Below are positions 1-10,777 of a DNA stretch of 64,000 nt, piece by piece. Made by a program: the position numbers and the translations under genes. Within the stretch, counting starts at the first letter, position 1. Each line of letters starts with the position of its first letter. Origin of the DNA: an uncultured bacterium. GTDB lineage: Bacteria; Zixibacteria; MSB-5A5; GN15; FEB-12. A model generated the notes under the pieces. The model did not search any database. It worked only from the letters and a program-made list of their open reading frames with translations, and had not been told where the DNA came from. Location: NCBI GenBank assembly GCA_965372795.1, contig CBDVDR010000001.1, forward strand, positions 128,001 through 192,000, given 5' to 3'.

Positions 1-165
1 TACTTTCGAATTCCCCATTTCATTGATTATTTGATCTATTCTTTCCTTTTTCAAAGGCATCAGCGTATTTCCTTATCTTTAACAACAAATTGAGTTGACT
101 TAACTCTCAAAAATATTAAAATGATAGTCTTCTTACAAGTGTGAATTTAAAATAAAGGAAATAAT

Positions 166-492
166 ATGCAAGAGATGAAACATCAGCAGATCAATATTGA
201 GCTGGGTGAAAAAGAGGGTGAAGGCATTTACTCCAATTTTGCCATGATTGTAAATTCTCCAACTGAGATTATACTTGATTTTGCCCGAATAATGCCCCGT
301 ATGCCAAAGGCTAAGGTTCTATCCCGCATCATTATGACGCCAATGCATGCAAAAATTCTCTTGAAAACTCTGGAAGACAATATTAAAAAATTTGAAACCA
401 AACATGGCGAAATTAAGATTCAGGGCGGACCTAATATGCCTTCAAAAGGCATCGGCTTTGAACAAGATTCAGACGAGAAGGATGTAAAATGA
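166..492 (+). CDS. DUF3467-family small protein
   Basis: Motif 'EGIYSNFAMIVNSPTEIILDF...SRIIMTPMHAK' typical of DUF3467; overlaps next gene by ATGA. Confidence 0.8.
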   Translation: MQEMKHQQINIELGEKEGEGIYSNFAMIVNSPTEIILDFARIMPRMPKAKVLSRIIMTPMHAKILLKTLEDNIKKFETKHGEIKIQGGPNMPSKGIGFEQDSDEKDVK

Positions 493-2234
493 GTTACGGA
501 AATTTTGCCTTTGTCCTTCACAGCCATCTTCCCTACGTTCTTTCTCATGGCCGCTGGCCTCATGGAACTGATTGGCTTAGTGAAGCTGCGGCAGAAACCT
601 ATCTGCCGATTCTTAATATTCTATCAGAATTGATTGAAGAAGGTTATCACCCGAAATTAACAATTGGACTCTCTCCGGTTCTATGCGAACAACTTGCCGA
701 TAACAGCTTCAAAGAAGAGTTTGTATCATATATAAATCAGAAAATAAAAGCCGCCCAGCATGACAGCGAAGAGTTTATAAAATTCAAACAGGAAAACATG
801 CTCAAAAATTCTTATTTTTGGGAAAATTTCTATAAGAAAACTCTCGAGCATTTTAATAATATCGGACAGGATATTTTATTTGAATTTAAGAAACTTCAAG
901 ATGGCAATTTTATTGAAATTATAACTTGTTGCGCTACTCATGGATACTATCCTCTGTTGTCCCGCGATGAATCGTTGCAGGCCCAGACCAAGATGGCGGT
1001 TAAAAATTATAAAAAACATTTTGATAAAGACCCAAAAGGAATCTGGCTGCCGGAATGTGCTTACCGACCGAGATATGAATGGACTCCTCCGGTGCCGATT
1101 AATAACGAACAAATTCCACGGCTTCGTAAAGGGACCGATGAATTTTTATCAGAAAATGGTTTAGACTATTTTATAATAGATAGTGCCCTTTTGAAGGGTG
1201 GGAAATCTGTCGGTGTTTATATTGAAAGATTTGACGCTCTGAAAATGCTATGGACTGAATTCGAAAAACAATATCAGGCGCGTTCCGAAGAAATAGACAA
1301 AACTCCGCGTGAAGTATATCTGGTCTCCTCATCGCCGGAAGGAAAAAAACCGACCGCAATATTCAGTCGTGATCCGCAAACCGGGGTGTTAGTCTGGTCC
1401 GGAGAACATGGTTACCCGGGTGATGGTAATTATATTGATTTTCATAAAAAAAGATTCCCGGGTGGACATAGGTATTGGGCGGTGACATCTTCAAAAGCTG
1501 ACCTGGCTGATAAAGTTGAATACAATAGAGAAAATGCTCTTGGTCGTATCCCTGAAAATGCAGACCACTTTTCTAATAAAGTAGAGAATATTTTAAAAGA
1601 ACATTCAGAATCTGAAAATAATGACAAATCGGGCATTCTGGTGGCTCCATTTGATGCTGAGCTATTTGGCCATTGGTGGTTTGAGGGTCCGTTGTTCCTC
1701 AAGCGAGTCTTGAAGAATATATGTGAAAGTGACAATATCGGATTAACTTTTTTATCTGATCACTTATCACAGAAAAAACCGGAAAAAATCATTTCGATTC
1801 CCGAAGGCAGTTGGGGACAAGGCAATCATCATTATATCTGGTTAAACAAACATAACGACTGGACCTGGAAACATATTTACGAATCTGAAGATAAAATGTG
1901 CCGTCTGGCGAAATCCTGGAAAGAAAAACCAGAGCTTCAAACTGAAGAGCTTGAAGAGACACTAAAGCAACTCGCTCGTGAGCTAATGCTTATGTCGGCT
2001 TCTGATTGGCAGTTCTTGATTTCCACTTTTGCAGCCCGAGATTATGCTGAATTGAGACTTTCTGAACATTATGAAGACTTTAAAAAAATTGCTAAAATTG
2101 CAGATAAGCTTTTTAAAGGTCAATCGATGGAAACCGGCGACAGAGAATTCCTTAATGATTGTAAACTTCGAGACAATTTATTTTCAGAAATCGAAATTGA
2201 ATGGTTTTCAGAAGTTGAATATCCCGCAAGCTGA
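489..2234 (+). CDS. GH57 family 1,4-alpha-glucan branching enzyme (DUF1957 domain)
   Basis: GH57 motifs HSHLPY, WLPECAY (nucleophile Glu), PFDAELFGHWWFEG (acid/base Asp), SDWQF. Confidence 0.92.
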   Translation: MSYGNFAFVLHSHLPYVLSHGRWPHGTDWLSEAAAETYLPILNILSELIEEGYHPKLTIGLSPVLCEQLADNSFKEEFVSYINQKIKAAQHDSEEFIKFKQENMLKNSYFWENFYKKTLEHFNNIGQDILFEFKKLQDGNFIEIITCCATHGYYPLLSRDESLQAQTKMAVKNYKKHFDKDPKGIWLPECAYRPRYEWTPPVPINNEQIPRLRKGTDEFLSENGLDYFIIDSALLKGGKSVGVYIERFDALKMLWTEFEKQYQARSEEIDKTPREVYLVSSSPEGKKPTAIFSRDPQTGVLVWSGEHGYPGDGNYIDFHKKRFPGGHRYWAVTSSKADLADKVEYNRENALGRIPENADHFSNKVENILKEHSESENNDKSGILVAPFDAELFGHWWFEGPLFLKRVLKNICESDNIGLTFLSDHLSQKKPEKIISIPEGSWGQGNHHYIWLNKHNDWTWKHIYESEDKMCRLAKSWKEKPELQTEELEETLKQLARELMLMSASDWQFLISTFAARDYAELRLSEHYEDFKKIAKIADKLFKGQSMETGDREFLNDCKLRDNLFSEIEIEWFSEVEYPAS

Positions 2235-2286
2235 TTTGAGCCGATTTATTGTTGAAAATTGAGTTCTTTTATAAGATATTTTTTCT

Positions 2287-2505
2287 ATGTCTGTAATAAA
2301 TCAAACTGCAAAATGCCCTTATTGTAAGGAAAAGATAGAATCCGGGGCACTTAAATGTAAACACTGCCATACAGATCTGGTTAAAAACGGTAAAAAAAAG
2401 AACCTTTTCGGTAAACTGGACAATTTCAGGTCAGGATTCATATTCGGGTTGTCTTTTACAGTAATAATAATATTGCTCATATATTTACAATTCTTTTCAA
2501 AATAA
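2287..2505 (+). CDS. Small zinc-ribbon membrane protein
   Basis: CPYC...CKHC followed by a C-terminal hydrophobic helix. Confidence 0.7.
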   Translation: MSVINQTAKCPYCKEKIESGALKCKHCHTDLVKNGKKKNLFGKLDNFRSGFIFGLSFTVIIILLIYLQFFSK

Positions 2506-2645
2506 GTTTTTTTCATAGGCTAAATCTGGATTCCCAGCAATTATTCGACCGGATATAATTGTTGATATATTTTTATACTGAAAATCAATTTTTGTCCGAT
2601 ATAAATATATATAATCAAAGTCTTATTGGAATACAGAGGGTTTTC

Positions 2646-3029
2646 ATGGCATCTAAATTTAAAGTGCTGGTAGTTGATGATGAGCAATTCATAAGAAAAA
2701 TTCTATCTCGAATAATTAAAAGAGAAGGATTTGATGTTGAAGAAGCTTGTGACGGTCAAAATGCTCTTGATAAAATGGAAAAGGATCAATACGATTTTGT
2801 TGTCTCTGATATTAAGATGCCCAACTTGGATGGGATGGCATTACTGAAAAACATAAAAGAAAATTACCCAATGACAAAAGTTCTGCTGGTCACTGCATAT
2901 AGCGGTATCTATACGCCTACTCAAATTTTAAATGCCGGTGCCGATGCATTTATTATTAAGCCGTTCAAAAATTCAGAAATTTCCAAAATCCTAAAAACTG
3001 TAGCTTTAAAAATTCCAGTTCAAGTTTGA
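2646..3029 (+). CDS. Single-domain response regulator (receiver)
   Basis: VVDDE, SDIKMP, KPF motifs; start moved to ATG 2646 behind AGAGGG. Confidence 0.9.
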   Translation: MASKFKVLVVDDEQFIRKILSRIIKREGFDVEEACDGQNALDKMEKDQYDFVVSDIKMPNLDGMALLKNIKENYPMTKVLLVTAYSGIYTPTQILNAGADAFIIKPFKNSEISKILKTVALKIPVQV

Positions 3030-3128
3030 CATATTCAGTCACTCTCTTTTATTTTTTAAAAAACTTTATCAACTTATAATTATACTCCGATAATAATTAT
3101 GTAACAATAATTATTTAACGGGGGTTAA

Positions 3129-6100
3129 ATGTCTGAGTATCAAAAGAAAGAACCATCGGAAAGTTCTTTTATTTTAAGTCCGTATTCACAAAATATCAGA
3201 AGGAAAATATTAATCCCTTTTGGCGGATTAATTGTCTTGATAATTTCGTTGATCATTTTCAGTAATTCACGTTTTCAAAAAACTTATACTGACTCAGAAA
3301 TCAAATACAAATTAAACACCGTCCATGAATTATTTGAATTTGAATTGCAAGAAGAACTTAACTTAATGACAGCTATTTCAATCGCTATTCAAGATAATGA
3401 AGAAATCAAAAATGTATGGAAGTCAAAAGACAGTAAACAACTTTATTGTTTGACTAAGGATTTGTACAGTTATTACAATTCAAAATTTAACATAACTCAT
3501 TTTTATTTCCATGATACAAATTCAGTAAATTTTCTTAGAGTTCATAAACCGGATTTTTCTGGAGGCACAATTAATCGAACAACATTGTCTCAGGCAATTT
3601 CTTCCGGTATAATTAGTTCAGGTATAGAATTAGGTCTTTTTGGGACTACTACTTTTAGAGTTGTTGTTCCATGGAAAGAAAAAGACAAAATCATCGGATA
3701 TATAGAATTTGGAAAAGAGATAGATTTAATTAGAGAAGAAATTGAACAAATCATCGATGTACAAATGGCTATTTATATAAAAAAATCACATCTATCCAAA
3801 GAGGCATTTGAAAGTGGAATGGAATTATTAGGTAGAAAATCTACCTGGGATAGGTATGATCTTGGAGTATTTATTAACAAACAGAAAGCTGACTTTTTCG
3901 ATAAATTAACACCAATTGTAGATTTGAGCCATAATAAACATAAGGACAGTTATCTTCAATTTAATTCTGATGGAAACAACTATTCTGTAGGTTTTATTCA
4001 ACTCAACAACGCAGCCGGAATTGATATTGGTGATTTAATTATTCTAACAAATGTCACGGAAAGAATTGCAACCTCGCACAAATACATTTTATACTTATGC
4101 TTGATTCTTCTTCCATTAGGAGGCTTATGCATATATTTATTTAATATCATATTACGAAAAGTTGAAGAAGATTTAGATACCTCCCAGCAAAAGTTATTAG
4201 TTTCATCACAAGCTCAATTTGATTACCAAAACATGAATTTACAAAAACTTAAGGGTGAAATAGTTGAAAGTAAAACCGCTGAACAGGCGTTAAGAGAGTC
4301 AGAACAAAAGTACCACGAGTTGTTCACATCAATTATTGAAGGTATCGCGGTATTTGACAGCAACGAAAATATTTTATTCTGTAATCCGGCTTTTGCAAAA
4401 ATCTTTGATGTTAATCCGCATTCTATGATCGGTAGTAATTTAATGGAGTTTGTTTCTGATCATAAAAGAGGATTTATTAAATCGAAAAACGCAAAATATG
4501 AATTAGAAATATTAAATTCTAAGAAAGAATTGAGATACATACATATTTCAGCAACGGCCAGATTCGATGCCAACGGAAAATTTATTGGCACTTTTGCTGC
4601 CATAGATGATATAACTCAGAAAAAACAATTTGAGAAAGTCCTTAAAGAGAGTGAAGAAAAGTTCCGGGAAATAGTTAATAATTCAAATGACGGGGTTGTC
4701 TCAATCGATTCTAATCAATCCATAAAATTATGGAATAATGGAGCCCTTCAAATTTTTGGTTATAAAGAAGAAGAAATTATCGGACAGGACATTTCTGTTT
4801 TAATTGCCGATGGATTTGTCGAAAAATATAAAAAAACCATTCGAATTATGACTAAACACGGCCTGAGTCTTTTGGATAATAAAATATTTGAAGTTTCGGG
4901 TCGACATAAAAAAGGAAATGTAATACCCCTTGAAATAACCCTGTCATCTCGGACCAATAGTGATAATTCAATCTATATAACAGGATTCGTTCGAGATATC
5001 AGCGAACGAAAATCATTTGAAAATCAGCTTAAAACCTTAGCCGAATTTCCAAAATCAAATCCAAACGTTATTATGTCATTAAACCGGAATGCTGAATTAG
5101 TTTTTATTAACCCAGCCGGATCAAGATTGCTAAAAGTATTAAAAATTCAAGAACAATCGATTCTTAAAATTTTCCCGAAAAACATAAAAAATATTATTGA
5201 TGCAACATTATTAACTTCAAATAATGTTCTCGGAATCGAATCTACCTATGCTAATCGAACCTGGCTCTGGTTTTTTCATCCGGTTAATTCATCCGGTATA
5301 GTTCATGGGTTTGCAACTGAAATCACAAAAAGTCTTAAACAGGCTGATGAACATCAAAAACTATCTGCCGCCGTATCACAATCAGACAACATAATAATAA
5401 TTACCGATCCAAACGGATTAATTGAATATGTAAATCCAAAATTCACTCAGATTACCGGATTCAGTCTTGAAGAAACTATAAGTCATGATTTTGCCAGCTT
5501 TAGCTCAAAAAAACATGACCGGACATTTTATCTGGAACTGTGGAACACTTTGAAAAAGGGTAAGACCTGGTCGGGTTCTTTCCATATTAGAAAAAAAACT
5601 GGCAGCCATTATTGGGAAAAACGGGTAATATCGCCTATCTATAACGAAGATGAAATACTTGGATACCTTTCAATTGGAGAAGATATTACCAACGAGCTAA
5701 AGATTCAACAGCAATTGAAAGAAACTGACAAGCTCTCTGCTATCGGGACCCTTGCTGCGGGGGTTGCCCATGAATTCAAAAATTATCTCACCGGGATAAT
5801 CGGAAATGCTTCATTTGCTCTTGATGAAATTACGGATGAGAATGATCCGATGAAAGAGACTCTTGAACAGATTATTAAAATTGGTGAAAATGCAAATGAA
5901 ATAGCAATGTCATTACTAACCTATTCAAAAGCGGAACTTGAAGCCTTTGCAGAAGAAGACCCTCAACAAGTAATCGCCTCTACCCTCAAATTAGTAGAAA
6001 AAGAGATGGCAAGCTTATCTATCGAGATTGTTACCTGCTTTGAGAAAGTGCCGCTTGTTACAATGTCATCAAATAGAATCCAGCAGTTAATTTTAAATCT

Positions 6101-6818
6101 CCTGATCAACGCCCAACACGCTATTCGATCTCATGGAGTTATAACGATAACAATCATCCAACAGGATAATAGTATTAAAATTAAGGTTGGAGATTCCGGC
6201 TGTGGAATTCCAAATAATCTTTTAGATAAGATTTTTGATCCCTTCTTTTCCACCAAAGGGGTATGGGGCAAAGAAGAAAAATCAGGAACCGGCATGGGTT
6301 TGTCGATTTGTAAAAATATTGCTATCGAGCATGGCGGGGACTTAACCGCTAATTCCATCAAAGGAATAGGCAGTAATTTTACTTTGACAATACCTATTCT
6401 CAGAAGTGAAACAGATTTAATCCCTACTGTCGATAGCAAATTTGCAGGCTTAAAAATAATTTTACTTACTTTGAATAAAGAGTTTATAAGTTTCTATTCA
6501 AAAGAAGCCACGGTTATAGATTGTCAATTAGTTATGCTTGATGATATTGCTAAAATTTTAAATATGGAAATAAATGCTGATCTGGTTATATGTGATGCAA
6601 AATATGTCGCCAAAATTGAGCTTCAAAAATTAATAGAAATGTGTCTTGAAAAAAATATCCCTTATATGTTAATCAATGCAAAAATAAGAGAATATCAGCT
6701 TGAAGAAATTTATAGAAATTCTTTTGCAGTTTTTAAAACATGTCCCACGCTCGCAAGACTATTGACAATGTCTTATGATGTTACTAATCATAGTAATAAT
6801 AAATTCATCAAAACTTAA
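3129..6818 (+). CDS. Membrane sensor histidine kinase (Cache-like periplasmic domain, multiple PAS domains, degenerate C-terminal receiver-like domain)
   Basis: Two TM helices flanking an 'FLRVHKP...SGIELG' Cache region, PAS repeats, H-box AHEFKN, N/G boxes NLLINA, DSGCGI, GTGMGL. Confidence 0.9.
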   Translation: MSEYQKKEPSESSFILSPYSQNIRRKILIPFGGLIVLIISLIIFSNSRFQKTYTDSEIKYKLNTVHELFEFELQEELNLMTAISIAIQDNEEIKNVWKSKDSKQLYCLTKDLYSYYNSKFNITHFYFHDTNSVNFLRVHKPDFSGGTINRTTLSQAISSGIISSGIELGLFGTTTFRVVVPWKEKDKIIGYIEFGKEIDLIREEIEQIIDVQMAIYIKKSHLSKEAFESGMELLGRKSTWDRYDLGVFINKQKADFFDKLTPIVDLSHNKHKDSYLQFNSDGNNYSVGFIQLNNAAGIDIGDLIILTNVTERIATSHKYILYLCLILLPLGGLCIYLFNIILRKVEEDLDTSQQKLLVSSQAQFDYQNMNLQKLKGEIVESKTAEQALRESEQKYHELFTSIIEGIAVFDSNENILFCNPAFAKIFDVNPHSMIGSNLMEFVSDHKRGFIKSKNAKYELEILNSKKELRYIHISATARFDANGKFIGTFAAIDDITQKKQFEKVLKESEEKFREIVNNSNDGVVSIDSNQSIKLWNNGALQIFGYKEEEIIGQDISVLIADGFVEKYKKTIRIMTKHGLSLLDNKIFEVSGRHKKGNVIPLEITLSSRTNSDNSIYITGFVRDISERKSFENQLKTLAEFPKSNPNVIMSLNRNAELVFINPAGSRLLKVLKIQEQSILKIFPKNIKNIIDATLLTSNNVLGIESTYANRTWLWFFHPVNSSGIVHGFATEITKSLKQADEHQKLSAAVSQSDNIIIITDPNGLIEYVNPKFTQITGFSLEETISHDFASFSSKKHDRTFYLELWNTLKKGKTWSGSFHIRKKTGSHYWEKRVISPIYNEDEILGYLSIGEDITNELKIQQQLKETDKLSAIGTLAAGVAHEFKNYLTGIIGNASFALDEITDENDPMKETLEQIIKIGENANEIAMSLLTYSKAELEAFAEEDPQQVIASTLKLVEKEMASLSIEIVTCFEKVPLVTMSSNRIQQLILNLLINAQHAIRSHGVITITIIQQDNSIKIKVGDSGCGIPNNLLDKIFDPFFSTKGVWGKEEKSGTGMGLSICKNIAIEHGGDLTANSIKGIGSNFTLTIPILRSETDLIPTVDSKFAGLKIILLTLNKEFISFYSKEATVIDCQLVMLDDIAKILNMEINADLVICDAKYVAKIELQKLIEMCLEKNIPYMLINAKIREYQLEEIYRNSFAVFKTCPTLARLLTMSYDVTNHSNNKFIKT

Positions 6819-8080
6819 CCAAGCTTTTTAACTTTCACATACAATATTCTTTGTCCTTTGACGCTTTCGATCTCAAATTCATAAGCATTCCATTTAATCT
6901 TCAATTTTTCTTCAGGAACGGAACCAACCAGATCATAAATCAAGCCGCCGACAGTTTCTGATTCTTCTTGCTCAAAATCTGTATCAAAGAATTCCTGAAG
7001 TTCCTCTACCTGTATCCCGGCATCAACTTTAAATCTTCCATCGGCAAGTTTGCTAAAGTCTGCCTCTTCCCAGTCATGTTCATCCTGGATATCACCAACG
7101 ATTTCCTCAATAATATCTTCCAAAGTAACCAAGCCGGCGACTCCCCCATATTCATCCATAACAATTGCAATATGTAACCGTTTGGCTCTAAATTCTTTTA
7201 ACAGTTTGTTGATAATTTTTGATTCCGGAACAAAAAATGGTTTTCTGATATATTGTTCTATCTGAAACTCTTCACCGGGTTCCGGTAATTTATTAAAGAT
7301 GTCCTTGACGTAGACCAGCCCAATAATTTTATCAATAGATTCATTGTAAACCGGGTAACGTGAATGACCATCCTTTAATACAATTTCCCTAATATCTTTA
7401 AACGTCATACTTTTTTCAAAACCGGTTATATCAATCCGGGGGATCATTATCTCTTTAACAATTGTCTGATCGAGTTGGAAAATTTGCCCGATCATCTCTT
7501 TCTCTTCGTCTTCAACCAACTTCTCACCGATACCAGCCTCATCAGCAAGAGTTTCGATGGCACGTTCTACAATCTCATCTTTTTCTTCCTCGCTAACTTT
7601 GATACTGCTGCCGGATCTTTTAAGAGCATTTCGATATATGATAATTACCGGCATGAAGATTCGATATATAATTAAAATCAGCCATAACCGTTTAAGCATA
7701 TTAAAAGAAATTGCTTCACGCGAGGTTATTCGCGGGAGATATTCAATAGAAAATATATATAACAACCAACTGAAAAGTAATCCTATTGGAGTTAAGACAC
7801 CACTACTAATTGGAACAAAAACTGAAAGCCAATGAAATATCTCAATTACTGCAAATGAAATAAATATTAGAACAAATGATTTATAAACGATTGCTATTTG
7901 AACAAAGGCTCTTGGGTCGGAGGCAAGTTTCGTTAAGAACTCTTTTCTGTTTTTTGAAATTTTTGGATAGAGATTTTCTATTTCATCAGGATCAATATAA
8001 ACAGCCAATGAATACAATGAGATCACATATGCCGTATAGTATCCACATAGAATTAAAATAAAATAAAATAGTTCTAACAT
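6815..8080 (-). CDS. Hemolysin/CorC (CNNM-CBS-CorC) family transporter
   Basis: N-terminal TM region, CBS pair (IMIPR, HSRYPV, DEYGG...TLEDIIEEIVGDIQDEHD). Confidence 0.9.
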   Translation of the reverse strand: MLELFYFILILCGYYTAYVISLYSLAVYIDPDEIENLYPKISKNRKEFLTKLASDPRAFVQIAIVYKSFVLIFISFAVIEIFHWLSVFVPISSGVLTPIGLLFSWLLYIFSIEYLPRITSREAISFNMLKRLWLILIIYRIFMPVIIIYRNALKRSGSSIKVSEEEKDEIVERAIETLADEAGIGEKLVEDEEKEMIGQIFQLDQTIVKEIMIPRIDITGFEKSMTFKDIREIVLKDGHSRYPVYNESIDKIIGLVYVKDIFNKLPEPGEEFQIEQYIRKPFFVPESKIINKLLKEFRAKRLHIAIVMDEYGGVAGLVTLEDIIEEIVGDIQDEHDWEEADFSKLADGRFKVDAGIQVEELQEFFDTDFEQEESETVGGLIYDLVGSVPEEKLKIKWNAYEFEIESVKGQRILYVKVKKLG

Positions 8081-8518
8081 TTATCGCTGTGCTCCAAATA
8101 ATTTATCCAAAAAATAGTTCTCTCGTGTTTTCATAATTTTTTCATCTTTATTTTTCTTATGATCATAGCCAACTAAATGAAGCAAGCCGTGACAGAACAA
8201 TCTTAATAATTCTTCACTAACAGTACCATTATATGTACCGGCTTGTTTAATCGCAAATGGAACCGATATATATATTTCCCCAAAAGTTCCACCATCAACT
8301 GTGAGATCGTCAAGATTGAACGAAAGTACATCAGTTGCTGTATTCTTATTTCGATATTGGGAGTTTAGTTTTTTTATTCTCCTATTATCTGTAAAAATCA
8401 GATTAATAGTAGTTGTACTCGAAGGATCAGACTCTTCATCTGAAATCCATTCAAACAGCGAAGCCATTTTTTTTTGAGGTAAACGCACTTTTGTTTCATT
8501 GTGAACGTAAAGTTTCAT
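8081..8518 (-). CDS. ybeY: rRNA maturation endoribonuclease YbeY
   Basis: TDVLSF, GEIYIS, HGLLHLVGYDH. Confidence 0.95.
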   Translation of the reverse strand: MKLYVHNETKVRLPQKKMASLFEWISDEESDPSSTTTINLIFTDNRRIKKLNSQYRNKNTATDVLSFNLDDLTVDGGTFGEIYISVPFAIKQAGTYNGTVSEELLRLFCHGLLHLVGYDHKKNKDEKIMKTRENYFLDKLFGAQR

Positions 8519-10758
8519 TATCTATCTTTGTTATCAGACCCTTCTTTTTTAGGATAAGCGACTCTGTGATGGAATGCGCCAATGAGAATTTGAGTAAAGG
8601 CTTCTTTTATCTTGGCCAAATCCCTAAGTGTCAGCGGACACTGATCAAGTTCTCCGGCTTTGAAACGATCATCAATAATTCGCTGAATTAAATTGTTGAT
8701 CCGTGCCGGTTTTGGATCCTCAAGCGTACGACTGGCGGCTTCCACAGCATCAGCCAGCATGGCAATTCCGGTTTCCCGCGTTTGAGGTTTTGGACCGGGA
8801 TAACGGAACTTATCTATTCCGGGATTCGTTGATTCCTCTTTAAGCGCCTTATTGTAAAAATAATCCATCACCATCGTACCATGATGCTCTTCAATAAAGT
8901 TCAAGACTTCATCCGGTATATCATGCATCTCGCCTAACATTCTTCCTTTTTTAACATGAGAGGAAAGAATTATTGATGACATTGTCGGGGTAAGCATCTC
9001 ATGTTTTGATTTAATCCCTAATTGATTTTCAACAAAGTATTCCGGAATTTCTATTTTACCAATGTCGTGATAGTAAGCCCCAACCCGTGACAACAAAGAA
9101 TTTCCGCCGATTTTTTTGGTGGCGGCTTCAGTTAGATTTCCAACTATGATTGAGTGATGATAAGTACCCGGTGCTTCTAACGCCAAACGCTTTAACAGAG
9201 GATGATTCATATCAGATAGTTCAAGAAGAGTAATGTCGGTTGTGATTCCAAAAAGAGATTCAAAAAATGGCAAAACGCCAATGACCAGAAAAGAAGACAC
9301 GACTCCATTGATAAGCCCATATTTAATCTCGGTCATAATTGAAGCAGCCGGCACCAGCATCAGGTTTTCAACAATTGCAATAAATAACACATAAGCCAAA
9401 GCTGTTAAGAAAATAATCCTGAAGAAATGAGCCCGTTTACGAACTTCCCGAGAACTGAAACAAGCAACCGTACCGACAAATATGGTCATCAGGGTTATTG
9501 AAAAATCAAATCGGTGCATAATACCCAGCAAAATCGCAAGAACAATCATTGATAACATGCCTATTTCGGCATCAAATAAAATTGTTAAAATTATAGCTAA
9601 AAATGCAACCGGGTATAAATAAGAAGAAAGATCCCAAAGATTAACCAAGTTGACCAAAAATAATTGTAATGCAAAAACCAGGAATATTGCAAACAACTTT
9701 GGATTTGATCTGAAAAGTTCCGGACGAAAATATAATAGGAAAAGATACAATAAGGTAAATGAAGCCAGGACTAAAAGTATCCGTGCTAAAACAGGAAGCA
9801 GTGGAACTATCCACCCTTGACTAGTAGCTTGAGAACGAAGGACATTAGCCATCTCTCGAAGAATCATCTCCTGCCGTTCATTAACTTTGGTTCCGGTTCT
9901 CACAATGATGTCACCACTATTGACGACTTCTTTGGTATTGGAAACAGAGGCCAACTCGATCCCAATCCGTTTATTATATTCAACCAGATTCAACTTTAGA
10001 TTGGGCTTTATAAATGACCTTCCGATTAGATAATAATATTCAACATCAATCGAATCTGTTAAATAAAGAGTATTTAAAGATTCCAAAAGTTTTTCATTCG
10101 CTGATGCCAGAATCAGCAACCGGCCCCGGGTATAAATATTTTCCCGCTCTTTAAATCTGACAACAACTGATTTATTTGGTGATTCGGGCAGCGTTTGACG
10201 ACCCTGCAAAACTCCGATTGAATAAATATCCTTATCAAATATTTTCATCAGACGCTCATAGACGCGTGGGAGGCTGTCATTAGTTAATGATTGCCTGATT
10301 GCAGATTCGCTTAAAAGAGGAAATGATTGAGATAGATGCCTTACCACAGCATCATTTATGTCGGTGCTTTTACTCCGGATAGAATCGATTGAATAAAAGA
10401 AATCAGAGAAAATTTGCATCACCCCATTAGTAAGAGCGGTGTCAAAATCCAAAATATACGGGACAGCCATTCTAATAAGTTCTTTTTCTTCACTCAGCTC
10501 TTTTTTAGATTTAAAAACAGTAATCTGAAAAGGCGCAATTATATCCTGAATAGCAATCTCATTGGTGCGGGGCATATCCAAAGGATCATACAAATTCTCA
10601 CCCGGATAAATTATCCCAATAAAAAACGATGTTATAACCAGCAGAAATATTTTTACAGAGCGCGACCGCAGTGTTTGAGAAGTGGACTGACGGCTTTCAC
10701 TTTGGACTTTTAATAATCGTTTTATTCGTCTTTTTAGCTTTAAAAGAAAAGAAAACAT
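8518..10758 (-). CDS. 7TM-HD (HDIG) phosphohydrolase, PgpH-like
   Basis: Extracellular domain, multi-TM region, APGTYHHS, YHDIGK, EHHGT, LADAVEAA. Confidence 0.88.
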   Translation of the reverse strand: MFSFLLKLKRRIKRLLKVQSESRQSTSQTLRSRSVKIFLLVITSFFIGIIYPGENLYDPLDMPRTNEIAIQDIIAPFQITVFKSKKELSEEKELIRMAVPYILDFDTALTNGVMQIFSDFFYSIDSIRSKSTDINDAVVRHLSQSFPLLSESAIRQSLTNDSLPRVYERLMKIFDKDIYSIGVLQGRQTLPESPNKSVVVRFKERENIYTRGRLLILASANEKLLESLNTLYLTDSIDVEYYYLIGRSFIKPNLKLNLVEYNKRIGIELASVSNTKEVVNSGDIIVRTGTKVNERQEMILREMANVLRSQATSQGWIVPLLPVLARILLVLASFTLLYLFLLYFRPELFRSNPKLFAIFLVFALQLFLVNLVNLWDLSSYLYPVAFLAIILTILFDAEIGMLSMIVLAILLGIMHRFDFSITLMTIFVGTVACFSSREVRKRAHFFRIIFLTALAYVLFIAIVENLMLVPAASIMTEIKYGLINGVVSSFLVIGVLPFFESLFGITTDITLLELSDMNHPLLKRLALEAPGTYHHSIIVGNLTEAATKKIGGNSLLSRVGAYYHDIGKIEIPEYFVENQLGIKSKHEMLTPTMSSIILSSHVKKGRMLGEMHDIPDEVLNFIEEHHGTMVMDYFYNKALKEESTNPGIDKFRYPGPKPQTRETGIAMLADAVEAASRTLEDPKPARINNLIQRIIDDRFKAGELDQCPLTLRDLAKIKEAFTQILIGAFHHRVAYPKKEGSDNKDR

Positions 10759-10777
10759 ATGGCGATTTACCTATCAC

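Noticed and set aside
1..24. Possible start of a minus-strand gene (MKMGNSKV)
   Set aside because: Only eight codons lie in the window; cannot be supported or identified
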